The notes beneath the pieces were generated by a model. The model was not told the origin of the DNA. It did not search any database and saw nothing but the letters and a program-made list of their open reading frames with translations. A DNA stretch of 64,000 nt from Candidatus Marinacidobacterales bacterium (GTDB lineage Bacteria > Acidobacteriota > Vicinamibacteria > Marinacidobacterales > DATDRI01): positions 3,328,001 to 3,392,000 of the forward strand of contig CBDCNP010000002.1 of assembly GCA_965219415.1 (NCBI GenBank), read 5' to 3'. Made by a program: the position numbers and the translations under genes. How positions within the stretch are numbered: the stretch's first letter is position 1; each line of letters opens with the position of its first letter. Shown in pieces: positions 31,027-42,244 of the stretch.

Positions 31027-32592
31027 GTGATGCTTACCCGTAAGCAGTTCCTCGAGCTTTCTAGCCGCGCCGCGATGGGTGCGGCCGCCTACTCCGCTTT
31101 TCCGTTGGTGACCAACCCCGCTTACGCACAAGATGTCCTGAGCTCGGAAGCCGTCCGCCGTGCCCATCGGTATCTCGCGGAGCACAAAGAGGAGCACATC
31201 GCCAAACTACAGGCCGACCTGCGGCAGGCCTCGGTGAGCTCCTGGAACATGGGTATCCGTGAGATGGCGGATCGGATGGTGGAATCTCTGCGCGCGCTCG
31301 GTTGCCAGGAAGTGAAGTTGATCGAAACAAAAGGATACCCTGGGATCTGGGCCTATTACGACGCCGGAGCTCCCAAGACCGTCGTGACCTACATGATGTA
31401 CGACACGCAACCCTTCGAGAAGGAGCGGTGGATGGCAGATCCCTTGGCTGCGGAAAGAATGCCGATGGATCCCTTCGAGGAGATCATCCTCGCTCGCGGC
31501 GCGTTCAACTCCAAAGGCCCGAACCGCTTCTTCTTGAACGCTTGTGAGGCCATCCTCGCCAGCGGCGGTGAGCTCCCGGTCAACATCATGTTCACCTGCG
31601 ACGGTGAAGAGGAGCAGGGTTCTCCCAACTTCCACGAAGTGCTTGACCCCTACCGCGAACGGTTGAAGACGGCGGACGCGATGCTCCAGGCCGGCCCCGG
31701 GCAGCAGCCGGACGGTTCGGTAGAGATGCGTCTCGGGACCAAGGGCATTCTCTATCTCGAGCTCGAGGTGAGCGGAGCGAAATGGGGGCGTGGCCCGCAA
31801 AAGATGCCGATCCACTCCAGCCGCAAGGCGGTTCTGGACAGTCCGGTCTGGCGGTTGGTGGAAGCCTTGCGCAGCATGTACGACCCGTCGGAGAACAAGA
31901 TTCTAATCGATGGCTGGCATGACGACATCCGCCCCCCAAACGAAGAAGAGTTGATGCTCTACAACGAGCTCGTCGCCACGCATCCCGAGCGACTGTTCGT
32001 CTCGGAGTCGGAGAACGTCAAGCGATGGGTCAACGATTGGTCAGACGTGGAGGCGGCAAGGCACCTCATTTTCGACACCTCGTTCAACATCGACGGCATC
32101 TGGAGTGGGTATACCGGGCCGGGATCGGCAACCATCCTTCCGGAAAAGGCGGCGGTAAAGATGGACAGCCGCCTCGTTCCCGATCAGGAGATCGCGAAAC
32201 AAAAGCAGCTATTCCTGGAACACATGGAGCGACACGGCTACGAAGACATCGAAGTGAGACAGCTGGGTGGAGGCGACGAATGGTCTCAGACCAGCGTCAA
32301 GGCTCCTGTGGTCCAGGCGATGTTGTCGGTCTACCGTCATTACGGCATCGAGCCCGCCATCTGGCCGCGCTCCCCGACCTCCAGCCCCAGGTGGGAGTTC
32401 ACCCGGAAACTGGGCCTACCCGATGTTAGAGGTGGGCTCGGACATGGTGGTCGCGCGCACGCCGTTGACGAGTACATCGTCATCGAGGGAAACGAGAGAG
32501 TGGCCGGGATCGTAAAGGCGGAGCAATCCTTAGTAGATCTCCTCTTCGCCTACGCGAACTATCCGGAGGAACCTCGATCTGCGTCTGCCTAG
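31027..32592 (+). CDS. M20/M25/M40 metallo-hydrolase with Tat-like signal peptide
   Basis: TRKQFL...AYA signal; YDTQP, DGEEEQGS, AHAVDE. Confidence 0.88.
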   Translation: MMLTRKQFLELSSRAAMGAAAYSAFPLVTNPAYAQDVLSSEAVRRAHRYLAEHKEEHIAKLQADLRQASVSSWNMGIREMADRMVESLRALGCQEVKLIETKGYPGIWAYYDAGAPKTVVTYMMYDTQPFEKERWMADPLAAERMPMDPFEEIILARGAFNSKGPNRFFLNACEAILASGGELPVNIMFTCDGEEEQGSPNFHEVLDPYRERLKTADAMLQAGPGQQPDGSVEMRLGTKGILYLELEVSGAKWGRGPQKMPIHSSRKAVLDSPVWRLVEALRSMYDPSENKILIDGWHDDIRPPNEEELMLYNELVATHPERLFVSESENVKRWVNDWSDVEAARHLIFDTSFNIDGIWSGYTGPGSATILPEKAAVKMDSRLVPDQEIAKQKQLFLEHMERHGYEDIEVRQLGGGDEWSQTSVKAPVVQAMLSVYRHYGIEPAIWPRSPTSSPRWEFTRKLGLPDVRGGLGHGGRAHAVDEYIVIEGNERVAGIVKAEQSLVDLLFAYANYPEEPRSASA

Positions 32593-32610
32593 CCGTAGCA
32601 AGGAGGGTTT

Positions 32611-33009
32611 TTGGAACAGCACGTGAAGATTCTTGGTGTTCTCTACATCGTATTGGGGACGATGGGCGTCATCGCCGCGCTGATCTGCCTCATGATCTTC
32701 GGCGGGGTGGCGGGGTTCCTCGGAATCGTCGCACAGGAAGAACCGGACGCCCGCATCGCTGTGCCTATCGTCGGCGCGTTCGCGGTGGGCCTGTTTCTCT
32801 TCCTTCTCGTACTGTCCGTACCGGGAATTGTCGCCGGCGTCGGCGTTCTCCAGCTCCGCCCCTAGGCTCGCATCGTCACGATTATCCTGTCGGCCTTGAA
32901 TCTCATGAACATTCCCATCGGCACCTTGGTGGGGGCCTACGGCCTATGGGTCATGCTCTCCGCGGACACCGAGAAGCTCTTCAACCCGCCGCCTGGCCCC
33001 GTTGAGTAA
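32611..33009 (+). pseudogene. Small membrane protein with internal nonsense codon
   Basis: LRP-TAG-ARIVTIILSALNLMNIPIGTLVGAYGLWV continues in frame to TAA 33007-33009. Confidence 0.8.
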
Positions 33010-33152
33010 CAGCACCTCCGTATTTTGGCGGCAGGCACGCGTAGACGAGCCCGCCTGGCTAGGATTGGTCCCAGCACCTCCGTATTCTGACGGCAGACAC
33101 GAACCGAATCTGCGTTATTGCGGCATAATGGACAAGGGAAGCGTGCGACAAA

Positions 33153-36100
33153 ATGAAGCGCTGGATACGTTGGCTCGTGGGACTCATAGGACTCTTCGTC
33201 CTACTTTTCTTTCTCTTGCACACAGCGCCAGGCAAGGAGTTCTCCCGCGGCATCCTGGTAAATGCACTCTCCAGACTAGCGGACAGTGAGGTCTCGCTAG
33301 GGCACCTCGACTACCGGCTCTGGCGAGGGGAGATCGCGCTTTCCGATCTCACTCTAGCCTCCGAATCGTTCGACCTCGAAGTAGCCAAGGTCAGCCTCAG
33401 CGTCTCGCCGACGCTTCGAATTTCCGCGGAGATTCGTGGGCCTCGGCTCGACTTTCGTGTCGTGCCCGACGGCGAGACGGACGCCGAAAGCGAGCCTTGG
33501 ACCGGAATTCCTCTAAACATCCGCCATCTCGACCTAACGGACGGTCACATTCGTCGAGGCCAGCGCCGAATCATCAACTTGAACCTCTCGCTAACCACGC
33601 CAGAGGACGTGCGCTTCGACACCGACAAGGCGCGGGTCGAGGCGGGAGCGACCCTGAGGCTCACCGGGACGGCTACCTCGCCCGAGCTCAGCGGTGTTCT
33701 TTCCCTTCGGCCCGACGGGTCGCTGGTTGGTGGGCCGGAACTCGTTTCAAGTCATCTCCGCACACGCGGACTTCGATGGCTACCCCCGTTCACCGCCGAC
33801 GCTTCAGGCTTCTATGGTCACTCAAGGTGGGGCAAACGGTCATCCAGCTCGAAGTCGACGGAGAGCCGAACGATCTCAACATTCGCCTACGCGCTCCCGA
33901 GGACTCGAGCTTGACGGAAGGCGACCTGATGTCGCTTCTGGTGACCGGCCGTACTTTGGCGGACGCCGGCGAGGGGGGCCAGATGATGGCCTCGACCTGG
34001 GCGATGTCCTCGTTCGCGAATCTCATCCACGACGGCCTGGGAGATGTCTTCTCATTCGGTGCTCCCGCCGCCGCGGGGCCCCTCGTACTCGCCGAGGAAA
34101 GAAACCCCACCAGCCGCATGACTCTGGGGTTCCCTCTTACCGAGAGGTTCTCGATCACCTACTCCTTGCCGCTGGACGAACCGGAGAATCAGCTTTGGAT
34201 TCTGGACTACCGCGTCGCCAGAGACCTGTGGCTCCGGGCCACACAAGAAAGCGGGATCGATTACACGCTGGGCTTCACGCACCGGTTCAGGATCGGTCGA
34301 AAGCTTGTCATGGAGGACGAGTCGGAAGGCGCCGTCGAGATGCCGTCGCGAAACGTGGGTCGCATCACCTTCGGCGGAACCCTCCCGGTGCCAGAAGACG
34401 AGCTTCGAAAGAGACTCAAGATCCGCTCCGGTGCTCGCTACGATTATTGGAGGGCTCAAGACGACGCCGACGCGCTCCGAGAGAACTTGATCGAAAAGGG
34501 CTTTCTAAGTGCGGTCGTGGAGGTCGAAACCGAGCAGGCGGAGGGACGGGTCGACATTGTCTTTTCTGTGGAAGCGGGGCCGCCGACCGGGCTCGTTTGG
34601 GAGGGAGACGATCCCGGCTCGGACATAAAGAAGCGCACTCGAGCGGCGTGGGATGGGCGCATTCCCGAGAGCTACTTAGTCACCGACCTCGCGGCGCGCG
34701 CACGCTGGCGGCTAAGGAGCCAGCGATACTTCCAGGCGGAGGTCGAGGGACTTGTGGAAGCGGGTGACGATAAACATCGGATCGTCTTCGCGGTGTCGAA
34801 GGGCCCACGCGGTCGCGCAGTCGTGCTCTCTTTCGACGGCAACGAATCGCTTCCGGAGGAGGAGCTCCGAGACGCTCTGCCCTCGACGTCATCGCCAACC
34901 TTCTTTTCCCTTCTCGACGCGAAAAAGTCCGAGCTCGAGAAAGGCCTGCGCCTCCGCTACGCATCCGATGGATACCTCTATGCCACGGTAGGAGAGCCGC
35001 GGACGAGCTTCGATTCCAAGACCGGGGAGCTCCGAGTCACTATTCCCGTCGACGAGGGTCCATTGGTAAGAGTCAGCAACATCCGATTCGAGGGTGCCAC
35101 CTCTCTTTCCGAAGACCAGTTGAGGGATGCTCTCGGCCAGAAAGAAGGCGACCCGATCAATTTTTCCAAGTTCAACGAGGGCGAGACCAATATCAGAACT
35201 CTCTACCGCGAAGAGGGCTTTCCGGACGTCCGGCTTCGCTCCGTGGTGAGTTCGGCGGCCGATAGCGTCGATGTCGCCATCGATATTACCGAGGGGTCCC
35301 CGGTACGGATCGGGCGCATCCGCGTGGTCGGGAACCTGAAGACCCGAAGGTGGGTCATCGATAGAGAGTTGACGTTCAATGAAGGGGAGCCGATCAGCAC
35401 TTCCAAGTTCCAGGAGAGTCGAAGAAATCTGTACGACCTGAGGATCTTCCGGACCGCCGACGTGCGTGTCGCACCGAGCGAACCGGGAACCGAGATCCGA
35501 GATGTCATCCTGCAGGTGGTGGAGCGAGAGCTCCTCGATATGTCCTACGGGCTGCGCTACAACTTCGTGAGCCAGACCGAAGAGTCTGCGGATGTCGACC
35601 CCGAATCTCAATCCCGGGGACTGGAAGGCATTCTCAGGGCGACCTTTCCCAATCCGTTCGGGCGCAGCGCTACCCTGGGCCTAACCGCCATCATTAGTTA
35701 GGACCAACCGCTCTACCGTGGGTCTTATCTCACGCCTCGCTTCTTCGGCCGTCGATTGAGCACTGAGCTCTACGCCGAAGCAAGCATCGACGAAGAGAGG
35801 GGGCAGAACACCCTCGGCGCCCGCGCTCAGCAATGGAGCGTCAACTTCCAGCAAACCCGGAAGCTACCGAGAGGTAGGCTCAACATCCAGTGGAACTACA
35901 GCGTTGGAGAGTTTGCGCTTCTGGGCCTTCGCGGTGGCTCGGTCGAGGTTCAGGATGACGGCGATTTTCGAAGCCGTTTGGGCGGCTCCATTTTCGAAGA
36001 CGAACGAGACAACGTGGCGAACCCGACACGCGGCCGATTCTGGAACATCACGCTACAGGCCGGTCCGAAGTTCCTCGGCTCCGATACGAGCTTCTACCGA

Positions 36101-36577
36101 TTCTACGGTCAGATCTTCTATTTCTACCCCTTGAGACGAAACTTGGTTTGGGCCTCGAGTTACCGGCTCGGGCTGACTGCGCTTGGAGAAAGCGACCGGT
36201 TCTTCGTTGTCGACGACCGGTTCAAAGCCGGCGGACCGAACTCGGTACGGGGCTTCGAGCACAATTCCTTGGGTCCGAGTATCGAGTTCCCGGACGGAGC
36301 GGTCGCCTTCCTAGGAGGTCAGGCGGTGGTGATCATGAACCAGGAGTTGCGGTTCCCGATCTATAAGATTCTTCACGGCGGCGTCTATCTCGATACCGGC
36401 CAAGTCTATCCCAAGGCGAAGGACCTTTCGCTCGATCGACTCAGATGGTCCGCCGGGGCAGGGCTGCGCGTCGTTTTGCCCTTCGGTCCACTGCGATTCG
36501 ATTGGGCCGAAGTGCTCAACCCTCAGGAGAACGACAAACTAACTCGATTCCACTTCAGTTTCGGCTACGCGTTCTAA
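33153..36577 (+). pseudogene. TamB (AsmA-like)-POTRA-BamA/TamA fusion, disrupted
   Basis: AsmA-like N-terminus joined abruptly to a TamB C-terminal region; frameshifts near 33730 and 33825; POTRA repeats; in-frame TAG 35699-35701; VRGF motif and C-terminal FSFGYAF. Confidence 0.85.
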
Positions 36578-38735
36578 TCCGTCGAGCGCTGCCGTGCCTC
36601 GATTGCGAGTTGACGACTTCCCTCCCGGATCGAGTCGAGCGTGCTCTCCAAAGACTCTCGCGGAACCGATCTCACAAACGGTGACACGAACCATTTCACG
36701 GCGACGGGAATGCCTCGGCTCAACCCGATCGATTCACATTCTACGATCACGCCACCGTCGACCTCCCGGTATCGCCAGTATGAATTGAACCGCCAAAGAA
36801 AACCGCTGTCTTCCCCCACCGGCCTCTCGCGCTCGCTCACCTCATCTGGATTCTCGAGCTGGACGATGCGGGTCGCGGCGCTCCGGCTGGACACTTCGTT
36901 GGGTCCGTGGCGCCGGTATACGACGTCGTGCTCGGTGTTGTAGAAAACAGTAAACACTTTCTGTCTTTTCAGTTTCAGAAAGATCTGGAAACGGTCTCCA
37001 TCTCTAGCCAGTAGTCGCGATTCCTCCACCTCCGGAAACTGCTCGTGGTGTTGCGAGTAGTTTTGCACCCACTCCAAGAGCTCTTGGAGTGAAACATCGG
37101 GGATGAAAACGGACACCATCCAGTGATGCACCATCCCGGATGGGATACGGAGCGCCCTCCCATCCTTGTCGCGAGTCTCCATCGCCGCCACACAAACGTC
37201 TCCCCGGTCGATCGTTCGCTCGCACTGCTCGGCCTGCTGGCGCGAAAGAAACTCGCTAACCAAGAACCCCGAGCCAGAGTCCAACTCGTTTTCGATCCTT
37301 GCTTCGGTGAGCGTGACGTATCGCTCCCAGGCCCTGACGGTTTTGTTTTGTGGGTCTACGCGGATTCGTGTGGGTTGAAAACTGCATTTCTGGGTAATGG
37401 CGGAAGGAAAGTCGCCACGATCTTCAGCTTGAGATATTCCTCGTCGCGATAGCCGTAGGCGCGTCGTTGCAGAACACGGATTTTGTTGTTGACCCCTTCA
37501 ACTAGGCCGAGACTGACTTTGTTCTCCGGATGACAGTAGGAGGCGATACCATCCCAATGGGACTCAATCATACCGGCGAACTTCTGGTACGGATGCAGGC
37601 GTTGCCATTTGAGGCTGTCTTTCCAACGAGTGAAAAAGGCGCGAGCGCCGCGTTCGGTGCGGTAATCCCAGAGTTGCCCGAAGGCCTCCTTCAAAATATA
37701 GGCGGTGTTCAGGCGCCGGTTGGCCTGGAGCAACTTTTTGAGTGCGCGGCGACCGTCTAGGCTCAGGTTCTCCCGCCGGGAAAGCAAAGTGTAACGCTGC
37801 CCCTTGATGTACGACCGGTCCTTGCCGCTGAGGCGTTTGTACTCACCGCGCCGGACCTCATCGAGGGCCTTTGACAGATGACGCATGATATGAAACTTGT
37901 CGAAGATGATCCGCGCATTAGGCGCGTTGTGAATCACCGAGTTCCGGAAGGGCTTCCACATATCCATGGCGGCCAGCTTGATACGGGCGCTTTTCTTTCC
38001 GCCCGGCGCCTTGAAGAACAAATCGATGTCGGTTTCTTTGCGACCCTCACCGCCCACCCAGATGGGACGCGCCCGCTCCAGGTCGCTGACAATGACGCGA
38101 TAGTTATGTCCCTTGCGGATGGAGATCTCATCGACACCGATGGCCCGAGGCGCCGGTAGCCCCGCCCGGTCGACCTGCTCTTGCATGTAGAGCGTATCCA
38201 GAGCCTTCACCGTACCGTGGTGCAGACGTTCCATTCTAGGTGTTCTACATGCACACCGCCGCACCCAGAACAGTTGACGCGCCAACGCTCGTATTCCAGA
38301 TAGATCCGCCAGCCAGCCAACGACAGGTCGCGGACCCGGCACACTTGCTTGTCATAGCGCCCCCGGCACCGTTGCCCACAGTAAGAGCACACAGCTGTTT
38401 TTTTCGCCTCTTGAGCTGGATGACGCGGGCGTATCGGTCACCGAATAGACCCTTCAATCCGGCACCAACCACGAAACCTGGCAGCGTAAACAGCGAGCGG
38501 ATCGACTGGGAATTTTTCACTCGGTTAGCCTATCCTAAAAATGGACCACTTTTCAGCACCTGATGAAGTACTCGATACCTTTTCCACACAATGAGTTACA
38601 CTGTTTTTCCGTCAGAACTTACCCACACGAATCCGCGTAAACCCAGTTTTGTAGCTTGGCGGCAGTAGTTTCGGCGGTTAGCAGCAGCGTCGCGCCAAGA
38701 ACCGCGAGACCCAAGAAAATTCGCGGCCCGCTCAT
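36574..38735 (-). pseudogene. Exported START/SRPBCC-like protein (paralog A), split by ISL3
   Basis: Signal peptide MSGPRIFLGLAVLG...AAKLQN rejoins KTVRAWERYV across the IS; HHW, YNTEH, NSYWRY, LSRGIP motifs. Confidence 0.8.
37352..38644 (-). mobile_element. ISL3-family element, copy 1 (91-bp internal deletion)
   Basis: 24-bp IRs GGGT(C/T)TACGCGGATTCGTGTGGGT; 8-bp DR TGTTTTGT/AGTTTTGT; transposase motifs GVDE, MDMW, DKFH, EGVNNKI. Confidence 0.93.
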
Positions 38736-39434
38736 CCCCTTACTCGCTCCACGTCCGAGGGAAGCTCCAGCTTGAAGACGTTATCCTCAATGTCTTGGTT
38801 GACCACGATGTTTTCGAGATCGATCCGGTTGACGCTGTTGTTGAGCTCGACAAGCTCTTGCTGCACGGGAAGCCAGAGCTCTGGATCGACCCAGAGATCG
38901 ATTTGCCGGTACATGCTCTCCGTGCCCTGCCGGGCAGTTAAACGGAGGTGATAGGCTTGCTTGCCCTTCACTTCTTCTTCGCCTAACAAGATAATCTCGA
39001 AATCCTCTTCGGCGTCTGAGAGATCGCCCACCAAGAATGCCAGGAACCCGTTTCGACCGCGGCTCGCATTGGGATCCAGTTTGCCCACTATCGCCTGCTT
39101 GGATCTTGGGTTGATACAGAACGTATTCGCCATCGTCCACCGCGACGATTCGGCTTTCAGGCTCGGTGATCTCGAGTCGCATCCGGGTTGCCTTCGCTCG
39201 CTCGAGATGGATCCGTCCGATTTCCGGCGGGTCGGTCAACGACAGTTGCGGGTACGACTTCACTTGTACGAGATCGGCTTCGAGGCTGGTCAGAGCTCGG
39301 GACGCCTCGGCCATGCGCTCCAGGATTGGCGCGGTGGCCGATTCGTCGGCTTGCGTCGCCGACACGAGCGACGGCAATAGGAAGAGCAAAAAAGCAAGGA
39401 GAGGGAATAAAGGTCTAAGAGACTTCTTAGTCAC
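38732..39434 (-). pseudogene. LolA-like outer-membrane lipoprotein carrier family protein, frameshifted
   Basis: Signal peptide, SLEADLVQ, MRLEITEP...YQP, then frame change near 39110 to IDLWVD...FKLELPSDV. Confidence 0.78.
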
Positions 39435-39894
39435 AAACCCTCCTACTGTCAGTCATGGGGTATCCGCAGGCGGCCGGTGAGGCCTTGGTCGCGGGAACGG
39501 CGAATACGAACCGGTCGCTGACGAGGAAATTGAGAACGGAGCACATTGCGATGCTGAGCAAGTTCGCAACAAGGTAGTGAAGGCCTAGAAACTCAACGAA
39601 TGCTGCCGTGAACACGAGGTTGGACAAAATGGAAAAGGCTCCATTCGCGAGGTGAAACCGCACGAGTCGCTCGATGATTCTGCTGCGAAGCGCCGCTTTG
39701 CGGTCCGCCCAAGTCCACCGCTCGTGCCATACGAAGTTGTGCAACACCGCAGTTTCTACCGCAAAAGCGGTTGCTACGAGATAGTGCATTCCCACCGAAC
39801 CGGCAAGAACACTCAGGACGATGAACTGTACCGCGACGCCCATCCCACCAATGAAGTTGAACTTGAGCCACCGCCTGAACATGGGGGACCTCAT
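39427..39894 (-). CDS. GtrA-family membrane protein
   Basis: WLKFNFIG, HNFVWHERWTW, NFLVSDRFVF; 4 TM segments. Confidence 0.88.
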   Translation of the reverse strand: MRSPMFRRWLKFNFIGGMGVAVQFIVLSVLAGSVGMHYLVATAFAVETAVLHNFVWHERWTWADRKAALRSRIIERLVRFHLANGAFSILSNLVFTAAFVEFLGLHYLVANLLSIAMCSVLNFLVSDRFVFAVPATKASPAACGYPMTDSRRVCD

Positions 39895-40844
39895 TTAGCA
39901 AGCGGCTCCGCTAGGTACAGGGTTCGGGTATTCCGAAACACCGAAACGAGAAGCGTCACACCGATGCAAGCGATGGCTATGACCCCAGCCACATCGAAGA
40001 GAAGATAGGTCGATCCGGCCAACGCCACCTCGGGACGATAGAGCGCGTACACCGTCCCGGCGGCTAGAAGGATGCGTAACTCCGTCCCTCCGAAAATCCA
40101 GTAGGAGATCTTGAAAGTCCCAACGGTGTGCGTGGCCAAGTAAATCTCAGCGGAGAGCATTAAGTAGACGAGCAGGAGCCCCAAGGCCACCATCGAGCTC
40201 ATGTACGGGGAAAGGGCCAAGCCAATGAGCACCGCCGCCGCCCCGAAGACGTCCACGACATGATCGACGTAAAACCCGTAACGAGGTCGCTGCCGGTCCC
40301 TGACTCGAGCCAGAGTACCGTCCAGGCTGTCACCTAACCAATTGAGCACCAAGGCGATGACGACTCCGAAAAGCGGGTTTACGCGGATTCGTGTGGGTAA
40401 GTTCTGACGGAAAAACAGTGTAACTCATTGTGTGGAAAAGGTATCGAGTACTTCATCAGGTGCTGAAAAGTGGTCCATTTTTAGGATAGGCTAACCGAGT
40501 GAAAAATTCCCAGTCGATCCGCTCGCTGTTTGCGCTGCCAGGTTTCGTGGTTGGTGCCGGATTGAAGGGTCTATTCGGTGACCGATACGCCCGCGTCATC
40601 CAGCTCAAGAGGCGAAAAAAACAGCTGTGTGCTCTTACTGTGGGCAACGGTGCCGGGGGCGCTATGACAAGCAAGTGTGCCGGGTCCGCGACCTGTCGTT
40701 GGCAGGCTGGCGGATCTATCTGGAATACGAGCGTTGGCGCGTCAACTGTTCTGGGTGCGGCGGTGTGCATGTAGAACACCTAGACTGGCTGGCGAACAAC
40801 TCGCGCTACACCCAGCGTTTTGCGACGCATGTGGGCAAGCTGTG

Positions 40845-42244
40845 GGTGATGTCTTAAGATTCCTGTCAAAGAAAAACGATGTATGGTTCCCCAAGCTCAA
40901 ACCCGTCCCCGTCATGGGGACAGAAAAGGAGAACCATACATCATGGGAAAGGTACTACCGAGTCAGCGATTGCTCAAGCAGTTCGAGGAACAACTGGTAT
41001 TTGGGGAGATGAATCTCTCGGAGATCGTCCGGTCGGGAGCTCAGATGATGCTTCAATATGCGTTGGAGCGCGAGGTGACGGAGGCGTTGGGTCGAAACTA
41101 CTATGAGAACGCTCCGGCAACGACGAAGGAGAAGGGACGACGCAACGGGTATGAGTCGCATCGGGTCCTCACGGGCGAGGGAGCGGTGACGGTGCAAGTG
41201 CCGCGGGTACGAGAAACAGAGAAGGTGTTTCAGTCAAAGATTCTCGACGCCTACGTGAGCCGGACCGAGAAACTCGATGAACTGATCGCGCGGATGTACG
41301 TCCACGGGATGTCGACGCGTGACATTGAGGCGACGTTCGCGGACGTGCTGAGCGGCACGGGTGTCTCGAAGTCGGTGGTGAGCCGGGTCACACGGTGTCT
41401 GTCGGAGGATTTCGAGGCGTTTCGAAAACGGGATCTCTCGAACGAGAAGCTGTTGTATCTCGAGCTCGACGGCACGTACCTGCGCTACCACCAAGGAGCG
41501 GAGAGGAAAGAGCCCATCCTCGTTGCGACCGGCTATCGCGCTGATGGGACGCGAGTTCTTCTTCATATCGGTGTCGGCAACCGAGAATCCTACGAGAACT
41601 GGAAGGGGTTCTTGCAGGAGATAGTGGCCCGAGGAATGAGGGAGCCGTTGCTCATCGTGACGGACGGGAATCCTGGAGTGCTCAAAGCGATCGCAGAGGT
41701 CTTCCCTCGAAGCCTCAAGCAACGTTGCCAGAAGCACCGCCTCGAGAACATCCTGGGCAAGGCTCCGAAGGAAGTGCGCGACGAACTCAAGGCGGCCATC
41801 CTTGAGTCGTTCCATGCGAACAGCTACGAGCAAGGGCTGAAGAAGGGTCGGGAGGTGATCGCTCGGTACCGTCAACGATTCCCGAGCGCGATGAAGTGCA
41901 TGGAAGAGACCCTCGAAGCATGTCTTCAGGCGCTACGCCTTCCTGCGGCGCATCACAAAAGGCTTCGCACGTCGAATCTACTTGAGCGCACGTTCGGAGA
42001 GCACAAACGTCGCACAAAGGTCATTCCTCACTTCTTCACCGAGGAGGCCGCGATGAAACTCTCGTTCGCTGTGCTCTTGGCCGCCGCAAACAAATGGCGC
42101 GGCGTGAGGATGGATGTCTTCGCCGCTAGGAAAGTCGAGGAGCTTCGCAACGAGCTTCTCCCGCAAGGCACGTCGGAGGAATCAGCAGCTTAACCGAGCG
42201 CGGGGAACCGTACGGAGATTTGACAGGAAAATTAAGACTTGACC
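40845..42244 (+). mobile_element. IS256-family element nested in ISL3
   Basis: IRs GGTGATGTCTTAAGATTCCTGTCAAA / rc GGTCAAGTCTTAATTTTCCTGTCAAA; 9-bp DR CAAGCTGTG. Confidence 0.93.
40943..42193 (+). CDS. IS256-family (Mutator) transposase, intact
   Basis: RNGY, VPRVR, GMSTRDI, LDG, TDG, QRCQKH, RTSNLLER. Confidence 0.93.
   Translation: MGKVLPSQRLLKQFEEQLVFGEMNLSEIVRSGAQMMLQYALEREVTEALGRNYYENAPATTKEKGRRNGYESHRVLTGEGAVTVQVPRVRETEKVFQSKILDAYVSRTEKLDELIARMYVHGMSTRDIEATFADVLSGTGVSKSVVSRVTRCLSEDFEAFRKRDLSNEKLLYLELDGTYLRYHQGAERKEPILVATGYRADGTRVLLHIGVGNRESYENWKGFLQEIVARGMREPLLIVTDGNPGVLKAIAEVFPRSLKQRCQKHRLENILGKAPKEVRDELKAAILESFHANSYEQGLKKGREVIARYRQRFPSAMKCMEETLEACLQALRLPAAHHKRLRTSNLLERTFGEHKRRTKVIPHFFTEEAAMKLSFAVLLAAANKWRGVRMDVFAARKVEELRNELLPQGTSEESAA

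Noticed and set aside
2028-35701. Stop-codon reassignment suggested by in-frame TGA (2028) and TAG (32863, 35699)
   Set aside because: TGA and TAG end many intact genes here; each case is one transition from TGG or CAG, and two of the three genes carry other lesions
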